DNA from: an uncultured Desulfohalobiaceae bacterium
GTDB taxonomy: Bacteria > Desulfobacterota > Desulfovibrionia > Desulfovibrionales > Desulfothermaceae
Assembly (NCBI GenBank): GCA_964427155.1
Contig: CAYRSC010000018.1
Span: 12,819-76,818 of the forward strand
Direction of reading: 5' to 3'
Length of the DNA: 64,000 bases
The notes under the pieces were generated by a model. The model made no database searches. It had not been told where the DNA came from and saw nothing but the letters and a program-made list of their open reading frames with translations. Shown here one piece after another: positions 28,921 through 38,595 of the stretch. Position numbers and translations under genes: made by a program. Numbering within the stretch: position 1 is the stretch's first letter; each line of letters starts with the position of its first letter.

Positions 28921-30961
28921 ACTTCATCATAAAATTTGCCCTTCCCTGGGTTGCAGAACGAAGGTCTGTGGAAAAACCAAAGAGCTTTCTCAAGGGGGCC
29001 AGGGCATATACCACCTTGTCTGTACCCCGTTCAAACATATTTTCTATCTTTCCCCCCTTGGAGCCTATGAGAGATATCACATCCCCCACAAACTCCTCAG
29101 GCACATAAATCTCCAGAGACATGAGGGGTTCCATAAGGAGAGGAGATGCCTTCTCCAGTGCCTTTTTAAGGGCAGAGGCCGCTGCCATATGATAGCCCAC
29201 CTCTGAGGAGTCTTCCTTTATCTCTCCCAGGGAGATAACCCTTACCCTTACCCCTTGCACGGGGGCCCCTTTTAACACGCCGCTCTGAAGGGCATCCTTT
29301 AATGAGGTGTATATGGCATCTATTATCTTATCAGACCACATCTCCACATCAAATTCAAAGGAGATCCTGTTCTCTTCCTGTCTGGATATAGGCTCCACCT
29401 TAATCTCCACAAATCCATAGTGCATCTGATCTCCAAGCTCTCTGTGAAACTCCTCACATGCACTGGCCTCTTTTCCAATGGTCTCACGATATACCACCTG
29501 GGGACGCCCTGCCCTGAACTCTGCCCCATATTCCCTCCTGAGCCTCTCCTGTACCACATCCAGATGGAGTTCTCCCATACCAGAGAGGATTATCTGTCCT
29601 GTATCCTCATCTCGCTCCATAAAAAGGGTGGGGTCCTCCTGAAGGAGCTTTTCTATGGCAAATAAGAGTTTCTCCTCCTGAGAAGAACTCCTGGGTTCTA
29701 TGGCTACAGAGATAACTGGTCTATAATCCCCTATGCGTTCCAGAATTATCTTATTGTCTTTGAGACACAGGGTGTCTCCAGTTTTTACACTCTTGAGTCC
29801 CGCGGCCCCCACTATCTCCCCTGCCCGGGCCTGATCTATCCTCTCCTTTCTATCCGCATGAAGCCTAAAGAGACGCGCCACGCGATGGGTGATATCCTGC
29901 GTGGAATTATATACTGTATCTCCTGCCCTGAGGGTCCCTGAATATACCCTCAACAGGGCCATGAGACGCCCAGTCTCCATACTTATCTTAAACACCAGGG
30001 CAGATAAGGGCGCCCTAGAGGATACAGGAAAGGACTTTTTTTTCTTTGTATCTGGATCAATCCCCTCTATCTGCTGAACCTCAAGGGGGGAAGGGAGATA
30101 ATCACACACCGCATCCAGTACTGGCTGCACCCCTATCTTCTTCAGGGCAGAACCCAGAAGGACAGGGGTAAGCTTTAGCTCAATGGTGCCCCTCTTTAAA
30201 AGAAGCCTTATTTCATCAGAGGAAATCTCCTCCTCTGAAAGATACTTCTCCAGGATGGTCTCATCTATCTCTGCTAGAGACTCTATGAGTTTCTCCCTCC
30301 ACACAAGGGCCCTCTCCATCTGATTGGGAGACAGCTCCCTCTTCTCCACCCTCTCCCCTTCACTCTCAGGGTCAAACCAGAGAAACTTCATCTCCAGAAG
30401 GTCCACTATCCCAGAGAATTCACTCCCCTCTCCCTCGGGGATCTGAAGGGCCACAGGGTTGGCCCCTAATTTCTTTTTCATCTCCTCAAGCACATTTTCA
30501 AAACTTGCCCCCACCCTATCCATCTTATTTACAAAGGCTATCTTGGGCACCATATATTTCTGGGATTGCTTCCACACTGCCTCACTCTGGGGCTCCACTC
30601 CACCAACTGCACAAAATACACCCACTGCACCATCCAGGACCCTGAGAGACCTCTCAACTTCAATAATAAAATCCACATGCCCTGGGGTATCTATGATATT
30701 TATCTGTTTGTTTCTCCACATACACGAGGTGCAGGCGGAAGTGATGGTAATCCCCCTCTCCTGCTCCTCTGGCATATAGTCCATGGTGGCAGTTCCCTCA
30801 TGTACCTCTCCCATCCGATGTATCTTCTTTGTGTAATATAATATCCTCTCGGTCAAAGTGGTCTTTCCTGCATCAATATGGGCAATAATCCCTATATTTC
30901 TGATGCGATCTAAATACTTGTCCGCTCCCTTGGCCTCCTTCATCTCCAACCCCCTAACCAA
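28895..30961 (-). CDS. fusA: Elongation factor G family GTPase (paralog located outside a str-type operon)
   Basis: G motifs AHIDAGKTT, DTPGHVDF and NKMD. Full five-domain length (688 aa). Confidence 0.85.
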   Translation of the reverse strand: MVRGLEMKEAKGADKYLDRIRNIGIIAHIDAGKTTLTERILYYTKKIHRMGEVHEGTATMDYMPEEQERGITITSACTSCMWRNKQINIIDTPGHVDFIIEVERSLRVLDGAVGVFCAVGGVEPQSEAVWKQSQKYMVPKIAFVNKMDRVGASFENVLEEMKKKLGANPVALQIPEGEGSEFSGIVDLLEMKFLWFDPESEGERVEKRELSPNQMERALVWREKLIESLAEIDETILEKYLSEEEISSDEIRLLLKRGTIELKLTPVLLGSALKKIGVQPVLDAVCDYLPSPLEVQQIEGIDPDTKKKKSFPVSSRAPLSALVFKISMETGRLMALLRVYSGTLRAGDTVYNSTQDITHRVARLFRLHADRKERIDQARAGEIVGAAGLKSVKTGDTLCLKDNKIILERIGDYRPVISVAIEPRSSSQEEKLLFAIEKLLQEDPTLFMERDEDTGQIILSGMGELHLDVVQERLRREYGAEFRAGRPQVVYRETIGKEASACEEFHRELGDQMHYGFVEIKVEPISRQEENRISFEFDVEMWSDKIIDAIYTSLKDALQSGVLKGAPVQGVRVRVISLGEIKEDSSEVGYHMAAASALKKALEKASPLLMEPLMSLEIYVPEEFVGDVISLIGSKGGKIENMFERGTDKVVYALAPLRKLFGFSTDLRSATQGRANFMMKFERFDVLE

Positions 30962-31026
30962 GATCTATTACTCCAGTGCACCATAAACCACCACAAAGGG
31001 CGGCAACTTCACTAAAATACATGAGA

Positions 31027-31569
31027 TTATCTACTATCCTTACCCTGTCTTTGAAACTCCTCAAGACAGTGCCGAATACACTCCTCACATTTCTCAAAGG
31101 TCCTGTTTTCTTCTCTGGAGCAAAAACCCATAAACTTGATAAGCCATTCCTCCCCCACCCTGGGACACCTCTGGACAAACTGGATAAAGGCAATAAGCCT
31201 GTCAAGGGCCTCATCCTCTATGTAGTGTTCCAGGCTACAGGCATTCCTCTCTGCCACATCCTCAGGAAGTTTCAAAAAAGAAAAAAAGAATTCCTTCAGC
31301 ACCCGGTGACGGTAAACCACCTCACTTGCCAGTCTAAACCCCTCTGGGGTAAGGGTAACTGAACTATAGGGGGTATAATTTATAAGGCCCTTCTGGGAAA
31401 GGGCCTGAAGGGCACCTGTAACAGATGCCCGCTGCACGCCCAATCTCTCTGCAATATCCTTGGCCTTTGCAGAATCCCTTTCCCTTTCTAGACAGAATAT
31501 GGCCTCCAGATAGTCCTCTAGATTTGGACTGAGGTCTCTATGAGGCTTTTTCATTATATCCAGCCCCAT
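31027..31569 (-). CDS. DtxR/MntR-family metal-dependent transcriptional regulator with Cys-rich C-terminal tail
   Basis: LEDYLEAIFCLE...AKDIAERLGVQRASVTGALQALSQKGLI wHTH. Dimerisation region (YRHRVLKEFF). Tail carries Cys135, 150, 161, 164 and 168. Confidence 0.8.
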   Translation of the reverse strand: MGLDIMKKPHRDLSPNLEDYLEAIFCLERERDSAKAKDIAERLGVQRASVTGALQALSQKGLINYTPYSSVTLTPEGFRLASEVVYRHRVLKEFFFSFLKLPEDVAERNACSLEHYIEDEALDRLIAFIQFVQRCPRVGEEWLIKFMGFCSREENRTFEKCEECIRHCLEEFQRQGKDSR

Positions 31570-31576
31570 GCTCTAC

Positions 31577-32473
31577 CTATGAGAGCTGTTTTGAAAGATA
31601 TTTTAACATCTGACCCACCACGATCTCTATGACTTCCCGTGGGAGAAAATCCCTGTCCATCTGGGGCATAAGCATATTCACCACCCTTTCCGTGGCCGCA
31701 TTTACGTCTCTCACCTCCAGATAGGTCTTCTCTAGCAACTCCCTTGTGCGCCTTGCAGATTCCAAAGATCTTTTCATAAACTGGTGGGCATCCTCCTCTG
31801 TGAGTGCCCCAAAGTGTTCTGCCAGATGGATATTGGCATTGAGGTCTGCCATCCGCTGAAGACTCTCCATATATCTATCAAAATTAGAATTAGCCGCAGT
31901 AAATACATCATCTCCCATTGGAATCCCCCCTGCATCTGAGGCAAAAAGGGCCCTTTGCCGGGGCTCAAAAAGGGCAATGGAGCAGGAAGAATGACCTGGC
32001 ACCTCCATAACATCCAGGGAAAAACTTCCCACCTGCACCCTGTCACCCTCTTTTAATACCCTATCTACCTCTATGCCAGGGAAATCAAGACCCATTTCCC
32101 TTGCCTTCTCTTTAAGTCCCTCCTTCTCCAACACAAGGGCATTCATAAACCTGATGGACTCCACCACCTTGGGATTGGAGAGAAGGTCCTTTGCCCTTTC
32201 TGAGGCCATGACCTCCAGCCACTCCCACTGTCTCTTAAAATATGGCACACACCCACAGTGGTCAAAGTGGGAATGGAGTATAATGACCTTGCTTATCCTC
32301 TGAGGAGATATGCCAAACTCCTCAATCTGAGAGACCACCTCAGGGGCTATATAGATTATGCCTCCCCCAATGATGGCGCATTCATCTCCCCCATCAATTA
32401 GATATACATTGCTCTCCCTTTTGCCCAGAAGATAGATGGAGTCAGTAATCCTTGCCTTTTTCTCAAACCTCAT
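31577..32473 (-). CDS. MBL-fold metallo-hydrolase
   Basis: HSHFDHCG motif, plus VPGHSSCS and ASDAGG. Preferred start is the ATG at 32473, preceded by AAGGAGGGAGGGG. The track start at 32512 would overlap the upstream gene by 26 nt. Confidence 0.8.
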   Translation of the reverse strand: MRFEKKARITDSIYLLGKRESNVYLIDGGDECAIIGGGIIYIAPEVVSQIEEFGISPQRISKVIILHSHFDHCGCVPYFKRQWEWLEVMASERAKDLLSNPKVVESIRFMNALVLEKEGLKEKAREMGLDFPGIEVDRVLKEGDRVQVGSFSLDVMEVPGHSSCSIALFEPRQRALFASDAGGIPMGDDVFTAANSNFDRYMESLQRMADLNANIHLAEHFGALTEEDAHQFMKRSLESARRTRELLEKTYLEVRDVNAATERVVNMLMPQMDRDFLPREVIEIVVGQMLKYLSKQLS

Positions 32474-32486
32474 AACCCCTCCCTCC

Positions 32487-33251
32487 TTAGCTCCGGGCCA
32501 TAAGTGCCGCACCTATGGCCCCTGTTAGCTGTGAAAGCTCATGCACCACTATTTCACAGGAAAATATGTCCTCCAGGGCCTTTTTTAGACCCACATTTCT
32601 GGCACATCCCCCTGTTAACATGATTGGCTCCTGTATCCTGAGCCTTCTGGTCATGGAAAATATCCGACTGGCAATGGCTCTGTGTATCCCGGCAATGATG
32701 TCTTCTCTCTTTTTTTTATGGGCCATCATGGAGATGACCTCGGATTCAGCAAATACTGTACACACACTACTTATGGACACTGGATTTGAGGAACTGAGTG
32801 AGAGCTCTCCAAACCTCTCCATATCCACACCCAGGGCACGGGACATGACCTCTAAAAAACGACCTGTACCTGCGGCACAGCGGTCATTCATCACAAAGTC
32901 CAGGACCTTCCCCCCTTCATCAAGGGAGATGGCCTTGGAATCCTGTCCCCCTATGTCAATAACTGTCCTCACCTCTGGGGAGAGGAAATGGGCCCCCTTC
33001 CCATGACAGGTTATCTCTGTGACCTGCCTGTGGGCCTCAGCCACACACTCTCTTCCATAGCCAGTGGAGACTATCCTATCCACATCCTCCTTTTTCACCC
33101 CAGCCTCCTCAAGAGCCGGGTAGAGGACCCGTCCCCAGGCCTCTGACATATCATACCCTGTGGAGGCCACCTTTGTGGCCAGTATCTCTCCCCCTTTCAT
33201 TACCACACACTTTACAGTGGTAGAACCCACATCTATCCCCGCCACCACCAT
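32487..33251 (-). CDS. BcrAD/BadFG/HgdC-type CoA-enzyme activase (ATP-dependent electron-transfer archerase)
   Basis: AGIDVGSTTVKCVV and DIGGQDSK actin-fold ATPase motifs. The two cluster-bridging Cys contexts are NDRCAAGTGRF and SSVCTVFAESE. Confidence 0.85.
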   Translation of the reverse strand: MVVAGIDVGSTTVKCVVMKGGEILATKVASTGYDMSEAWGRVLYPALEEAGVKKEDVDRIVSTGYGRECVAEAHRQVTEITCHGKGAHFLSPEVRTVIDIGGQDSKAISLDEGGKVLDFVMNDRCAAGTGRFLEVMSRALGVDMERFGELSLSSSNPVSISSVCTVFAESEVISMMAHKKKREDIIAGIHRAIASRIFSMTRRLRIQEPIMLTGGCARNVGLKKALEDIFSCEIVVHELSQLTGAIGAALMARS

Positions 33252-34486
33252 TATGTACTCCTTTTCTGCTTCTGTTGTTCCAGAAGTTCCATAAATGCGC
33301 CTATCCTACTTTGTATCTGGGCTTCTGTAAAGTTTCTTTGATCCAGCATATCAGATTCAAGTATAAGCACTCCTATACCGGTCTTTTCCTTTACAACATC
33401 CTGGATATAATACTGTCCAAAGGAATATGGTTTGCAACTCCTATTTGAATGCATAACCAGCCCATCCACATTATAGCGCCTTATCATATCCACCACCTGT
33501 TCCGCCATCATATCTATACCCAGATTCAGATATATTCTCCCATAGGCCCTGGCAAGGGAAGAGGAAAAATCACTGGGGTCAATGTAGGATAGGGTGCTAC
33601 ACCATGCAGAGGTATAGGTATCTGCCACCAGGGTGGCCCCATATCTGGCAAATTCCTCAGAAAGCCACCTGGTATTGTACCAGATGGGAAGATTGTCCCA
33701 CAGGAGCCTGAATCTCTCTCCTGGTACCGCACATATACCCTTTTCTATCCTCTCCTCCATCTCTTGTAGGAGCTCAGAATAATATTCAACACATACCTCT
33801 CTTCCCCGCAGGGTAACAATGAGGGCCAGGTGGAAAAAGGCGTCAAAGGCACTCATTGGAGCTGGAGAATGGGTGGTGGTATCCAGTACCCTCTGCCACA
33901 GGAGCTGGGCCTTATAGGAGAGCCTTCCCACCTCTTCCAGCCTTTCCCTGGAAAAAGGCCTCCCACAGATCTGGGAGAGAAAGTGAAAAAATTCTTCAAA
34001 TTGTCTCTCTATATATGCCTCCACCACAGGAGAAAACCCTTCATGATTCATGGGACAATCCAGCACAAATAGGGGCACCTTAAAATACCGGGCCTGGATC
34101 TCATACCACTTGACCACAGTTGAGCAGATATTATTACAGCAGATTAACATGTCTGGAGGAGGAAGCATCCCAATGGGACCCTGCTTTCCCCTGCTGCAGG
34201 CGATATCACTGAGGGCATAGGAGCACAGATCCCCGCAATAACCCATCTCCTCTGCGGCCCTGCACATCTCCTCTCCCATCTTTGCGGCCCCTATCATGGC
34301 CCCATGATTTTCAGGATAGATGGGGATAATATCCATTGCAAGAAGGGGTTCCACAGGGCCCCCACTGGTGATCCAGGCCACTTTTTTGCCCTGGTTTCTA
34401 GCATCAAATGCCTCCAGAAAATAGTGGGTCATTATCTCCTTCATCCTCTTCTTTGCCCTGATGGGCACATGGATATGCTCAGACAT
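33251..34486 (-). CDS. 2-hydroxyacyl-CoA dehydratase / benzoyl-CoA reductase family subunit (HGD-D domain)
   Basis: 411 aa with a family-typical layout (KKVAWITSGGPVEPLLAMDIIPIYPENH, CSYALSD, HSNRSCKPYS). 1-nt overlap with the activase start. Confidence 0.75.
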   Translation of the reverse strand: MSEHIHVPIRAKKRMKEIMTHYFLEAFDARNQGKKVAWITSGGPVEPLLAMDIIPIYPENHGAMIGAAKMGEEMCRAAEEMGYCGDLCSYALSDIACSRGKQGPIGMLPPPDMLICCNNICSTVVKWYEIQARYFKVPLFVLDCPMNHEGFSPVVEAYIERQFEEFFHFLSQICGRPFSRERLEEVGRLSYKAQLLWQRVLDTTTHSPAPMSAFDAFFHLALIVTLRGREVCVEYYSELLQEMEERIEKGICAVPGERFRLLWDNLPIWYNTRWLSEEFARYGATLVADTYTSAWCSTLSYIDPSDFSSSLARAYGRIYLNLGIDMMAEQVVDMIRRYNVDGLVMHSNRSCKPYSFGQYYIQDVVKEKTGIGVLILESDMLDQRNFTEAQIQSRIGAFMELLEQQKQKRST

Positions 34487-34497
34487 GACATCCCTCC

Positions 34498-35583
34498 TTA
34501 GAGCATCTCAATAAAGGCTTCCAGCCTGGTTCGGTGTTGGGCAGAGAATCTCCAGGGGTCTTCCACTTCCAGTAAAAGCACAGGCAGTCCCTCCAGACCC
34601 AAAGCCAGATCAGGATAGTCAAAACAATGGGGATCGCAAAATTTTGGAAGGAGAAAGACCACTCCATCAGGGGAAAGGTCTTTGCAAATTCTCTTAATAT
34701 GGGCAATCCTACCTTGTATGTTCCTATATTTTGCCGCACATATAGCACGCCCCAAAAGGGACCTTGCTATCTCCTCCACAGGCTCGCCCTCCAGCTCCAC
34801 CCTCCTCTCATAAGGACGCATCCCTGAACAAAGGTCCATATAAAGCACTTGTGCCCCTGCATCTTCAGCCATGACAGCCAAGTGGGGGCAGAGATAAATG
34901 CTACCAACCACTATTATACCAGGTCCCTGTCTGGCCCTCTTTCCCCCTCCTGGCATTCCCCTTATCTCTTCCAGGATCTCAACCCATTCATCAGGGGCCA
35001 TTGTCATTCCACTTATATATAAAAGGTGCATTTCATAGGCAGAGATCTCCAGGGTCCCCTGGATGCGTCTATTGTTTATCTCCCTGATAAGCTCCCTGCT
35101 CCGATTATAAAGGGACAGCGCCTCATAGAGGGCATCTTCCTCTAGCTCAAAAGATTCTGTGAGCACCTGGGTAAAATAGCTAAGGGGCACCTCTCCCTCC
35201 ACTCGGCAGGGAACCATAAGGTCCCTACACCAGGGTCCATTTTTGCAGGAAACCCTGTAGAGATCAGAGATTCGCTGCATGGTATCGCAGGTATTGGAAA
35301 AAATTACCCCATCTATATCCATCCCACCTCTCAGCAACACCTCCAGGATCCCCTTGCCACACAAACAACAGTAGGGTTGCAGGAGGCCATCTGCCCTATA
35401 GGTAGGAGGGGGTACTGGAAACAACCTTATCCCCAAGGAACCCTGGGCCCATATTAGTTCTTCTGGTACATAAGAGCAGGTATATGCCACCACAGGTCTG
35501 TGGGTACGCCTTCTCCAGCGATGGATATACTCCTCCCTATTTTCTATAACCCACCTCAAATGCTCAAAAATTTCCTTTCTCAT
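34498..35583 (-). CDS. 2-hydroxyacyl-CoA dehydratase / benzoyl-CoA reductase family subunit (HGD-D domain)
   Basis: 361 aa: VAYTCSYVPEELIWA, FSNTCDTM, LLPKFCDPHCFD. 11-nt gap to the partner subunit gene. Confidence 0.75.
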   Translation of the reverse strand: MRKEIFEHLRWVIENREEYIHRWRRRTHRPVVAYTCSYVPEELIWAQGSLGIRLFPVPPPTYRADGLLQPYCCLCGKGILEVLLRGGMDIDGVIFSNTCDTMQRISDLYRVSCKNGPWCRDLMVPCRVEGEVPLSYFTQVLTESFELEEDALYEALSLYNRSRELIREINNRRIQGTLEISAYEMHLLYISGMTMAPDEWVEILEEIRGMPGGGKRARQGPGIIVVGSIYLCPHLAVMAEDAGAQVLYMDLCSGMRPYERRVELEGEPVEEIARSLLGRAICAAKYRNIQGRIAHIKRICKDLSPDGVVFLLPKFCDPHCFDYPDLALGLEGLPVLLLEVEDPWRFSAQHRTRLEAFIEML

Positions 35584-36063
35584 AACAATCTCCTGTTATG
35601 CATGTCTTAATGGTTAGTGAGCATTAAATAAGACCACAATAAAATCAAGTAGAAAGGTTCAAAAAGAAAGGCCTTCTATGGAGATTCTAAAGGCTTATTT
35701 CACAGAAAGGACCTGCCCTATCCAGTGTTTTTTAAACCCTCTGAAGTCTTAAGCACCCTGAGTGAGCAATTTTATCATCTGGGAAATCCTCTTAAGGAAT
35801 TTGACAGGAGCAGAGAGAGGGATTACTCTACTTCTACCCTGGACCATGTGAGCAGATCCCAGTAGGAGCAGATCTGAGCCAATGCTCTCTGAATATGTAT
35901 CCGGGGCAGGTATAATAACTCGCTGGAAATTGTATGGTAACCTTACTGAGACTATTCCCTGTCAGAGAAGACCTCCCCTTTTCAGAAATATTGTTTCTAA
36001 AAAAATAGATAAGCGAGATAATGGGGCATGGGACCTCTTTAGGGAGGCCAAATTTTTGAAGGG

Positions 36064-38583
36064 GTGTTTTTTGTGAAAAAAGGGCGTTCCAACAAAATTA
36101 TCTATTCCTCTTTTGGAAGAATCTGTCTATACAGCATTCCATTACTCATAGTTTTCTATTATCTTATATTCTATATTGTACAGCATTATTTTATCCTTCC
36201 TGACTTTTTTAACCTTCAAAAGAAATATTCTATAAAAAATGTTGCTAGAGTAAAAGAAAGTATATTTGATGAAATAAATTCTCTGGCAAATATGGTATCT
36301 GATTGGGCAATGTGGGATGATACCTATATCTTTGTAAAAAATGGAAATAAAGAATACATAAAGTCCAATCTAATTCCAAAAAGTCTATGGAAAAGTAGTA
36401 AGATAAATCTGGTATATATTTATGACAATAAAGGAGAGGTAAAATGGTGCCGCATATATGACCCCCAAAAAGACAGGTTGCTTAAATTGGAATTTTTTAA
36501 GCCAAGACACCTCTCCAAAGGAAATTTTTTCCTTTCCCCACCTGTATTAAAGAATGGATTTAAAGGGATCCTCATCACCAGATATGGTATAATGTTCCTG
36601 GCGGGATCTCCTATATTAAGGTCTTCAGGAGAGGGACCATCTAGGGGTGTACTGGTAATGGGGAGATTTATTACCCCTGAGATAATAAAGAGTATTATCA
36701 GGCAAACCAAGGTAACATTTTCCTTGCATGTTCCATCCTCTCTAAAGGGGGTCCAGGGAGAGAACCCTGAAAAGATAGTGAAGGAGATTGTCAAAAAGGG
36801 GATATATTTTTCACCTGGTCTCCACCAGGGGGTATGGAGAGTATATGGAGGGATTAGGGACCTCACCAATAGATATATGATTATAGAGGCCCACATCCCA
36901 ACTCCTTTTATAGAGGAAGGCCAAAAGCTTTCAAATGTGGTATCTGGTGCCATTCTCACCATGGTAACTATCCTGGTTGCTGTACTTTTTATGATATTTA
37001 GAAGATATGACCTCATGAGGAAGAGACAGTACGATGCAGTAAAGATGCTGGTGAAAGAAAAGACTCAAGAAATCAGATTGAAGACCACCCTTCTGGGGGT
37101 ACTCATCAACTCCATGCCAGAGCTTATATTCATACGAGATATGAATGGTAAATATATCCTCTATAATGAGGCATTTAAAAAGGGCTTTAAGATTGAAATG
37201 AGGGTGGACGTGCCCATTCCCGAGGAATCACTGGTGGATAAGTGTCCTGAATTATTTTCTATTATTCGTGATTATCTGGAAAACCAATTTAAAGAAGGAA
37301 GGGAATATCATACAGAGAAATGGATTATATGCCCTGATAAAGAAAGACGGTATGTGGAGATAAGCCTTCTTCCCTTTCAGGTATCCAACACCCAGGGCAT
37401 TATATGTATTGTGAGGGACCTTACTGAGCGAGAAAATATGCGAATAGAACGGGAAAAGATGAGCAGGATAGATTCCCTGGGGGTCCTTGCAGGTGGTATA
37501 GCCCATGATTTTAACAACATGCTTACCGCCATCCTGGGCAATATCTCCATTGCGAGACAATATCTCAAAAACGAGCCAGCGGTCCTGGAACGCCTGGAAC
37601 TCGCAGAGGATGCGGCCCTTAATGCAAAGGAATTGGCAGGACAACTCCTTACGTTTTCTAAGGGGGGAGAGCCTGTTTTAAGGGCCAGATCAATAAAGGA
37701 ATTGGTGGAAAAGTGCGCCAGATTTGTATTGACCGGTCAAAATATCCAGTTAAAACTGGAGTATCCTGGGGAAGAGATATGGCCTGTGGTTATAGATGCC
37801 AGACAGATAAGTCAGGTGATCCAAAACCTCATAATAAATGCCAGGGAGGCCATGCCCAGGGGAGGTACCATTACCATAGGGTTTGAAAATCTCCTGATCT
37901 CCTCTAGTTCCCCTTCCTCTCTCCCCCTTTCTCCTGGCAAATATGTATGTATCCACATAAAGGATGAGGGAGAAGGTATACCTCAGGAACACCTTCCCAA
38001 GATATTTGAGCCCTATTTCACCACCAAAGAACAGGGAAATGGACTTGGGCTGGCCATCTGTTATTCCATTATGAGAAAACACGGTGGATATATCACTGTG
38101 GAATCTGAAGAGGGAAAAGGGACACTCTTTAAACTTTATCTCCCTGCATCCCCCTCTGTAAGACCCCATGAAGAGATAAAGGACACCTCCTTAAGACACT
38201 TCACAGGATGCGTGATTGTCATGGACGATGACCAGATGATAAGGGAGCTCCTCATCAATATGCTGGAATTTCTGGGACTGGAGGTTATAGGTGTAAAGGA
38301 AGGAAGGGAGTTACTTGAGATATACAGAGATATGCTCGCCAGGGGGAAAAGGATAGACCTGGTCATATTGGACCTCACCATCAGGGGAGGCATGGGGGGG
38401 AAAGAGACCATGGAAAAGCTCCTCAGGATAGACCCTCACGTAAAGGCAGTACTCTCTTCTGGATACATAGATGATGACATCATGGCAAATTTTAAAAAGT
38501 ACGGCTTTAAGGCGATATTGAGAAAGCCCTATACCATGGATGAGATGGTCTCCATCTTGGGGGAACTCCTTCCAGAGGGATAG
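36064..38583 (+). CDS. Hybrid sensor histidine kinase (CHASE4-like periplasmic domain, PAS, HisKA, HATPase_c, REC)
   Basis: WAMWDDTYIFV is CHASE4-like. H-box GGIAHDFNNMLTAILG, N-box NLIINAREAM, G-boxes DEGEGI and GNGLGL. C-terminal receiver (VIVMDDD...DLVILDL). Start is uncertain: GTG at 36064 or 36073. Confidence 0.9.
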   Translation: MFFVKKGRSNKIIYSSFGRICLYSIPLLIVFYYLIFYIVQHYFILPDFFNLQKKYSIKNVARVKESIFDEINSLANMVSDWAMWDDTYIFVKNGNKEYIKSNLIPKSLWKSSKINLVYIYDNKGEVKWCRIYDPQKDRLLKLEFFKPRHLSKGNFFLSPPVLKNGFKGILITRYGIMFLAGSPILRSSGEGPSRGVLVMGRFITPEIIKSIIRQTKVTFSLHVPSSLKGVQGENPEKIVKEIVKKGIYFSPGLHQGVWRVYGGIRDLTNRYMIIEAHIPTPFIEEGQKLSNVVSGAILTMVTILVAVLFMIFRRYDLMRKRQYDAVKMLVKEKTQEIRLKTTLLGVLINSMPELIFIRDMNGKYILYNEAFKKGFKIEMRVDVPIPEESLVDKCPELFSIIRDYLENQFKEGREYHTEKWIICPDKERRYVEISLLPFQVSNTQGIICIVRDLTERENMRIEREKMSRIDSLGVLAGGIAHDFNNMLTAILGNISIARQYLKNEPAVLERLELAEDAALNAKELAGQLLTFSKGGEPVLRARSIKELVEKCARFVLTGQNIQLKLEYPGEEIWPVVIDARQISQVIQNLIINAREAMPRGGTITIGFENLLISSSSPSSLPLSPGKYVCIHIKDEGEGIPQEHLPKIFEPYFTTKEQGNGLGLAICYSIMRKHGGYITVESEEGKGTLFKLYLPASPSVRPHEEIKDTSLRHFTGCVIVMDDDQMIRELLINMLEFLGLEVIGVKEGRELLEIYRDMLARGKRIDLVILDLTIRGGMGGKETMEKLLRIDPHVKAVLSSGYIDDDIMANFKKYGFKAILRKPYTMDEMVSILGELLPEG

Positions 38584-38595
38584 ATTGATGAGGGT

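Noticed and set aside
35882-36076. 64-aa ORF in the long intergenic region upstream of the kinase.
   Set aside because: It has no Shine-Dalgarno sequence, runs into the kinase start, and its composition is not protein-like. I treat the region as regulatory DNA.
36420-37016. 198-aa antisense ORF in the histidine kinase sensor region.
   Set aside because: It sits in an A+T-rich region where stop codons are rare in one antisense frame. The sense frame has CHASE4-like motifs.
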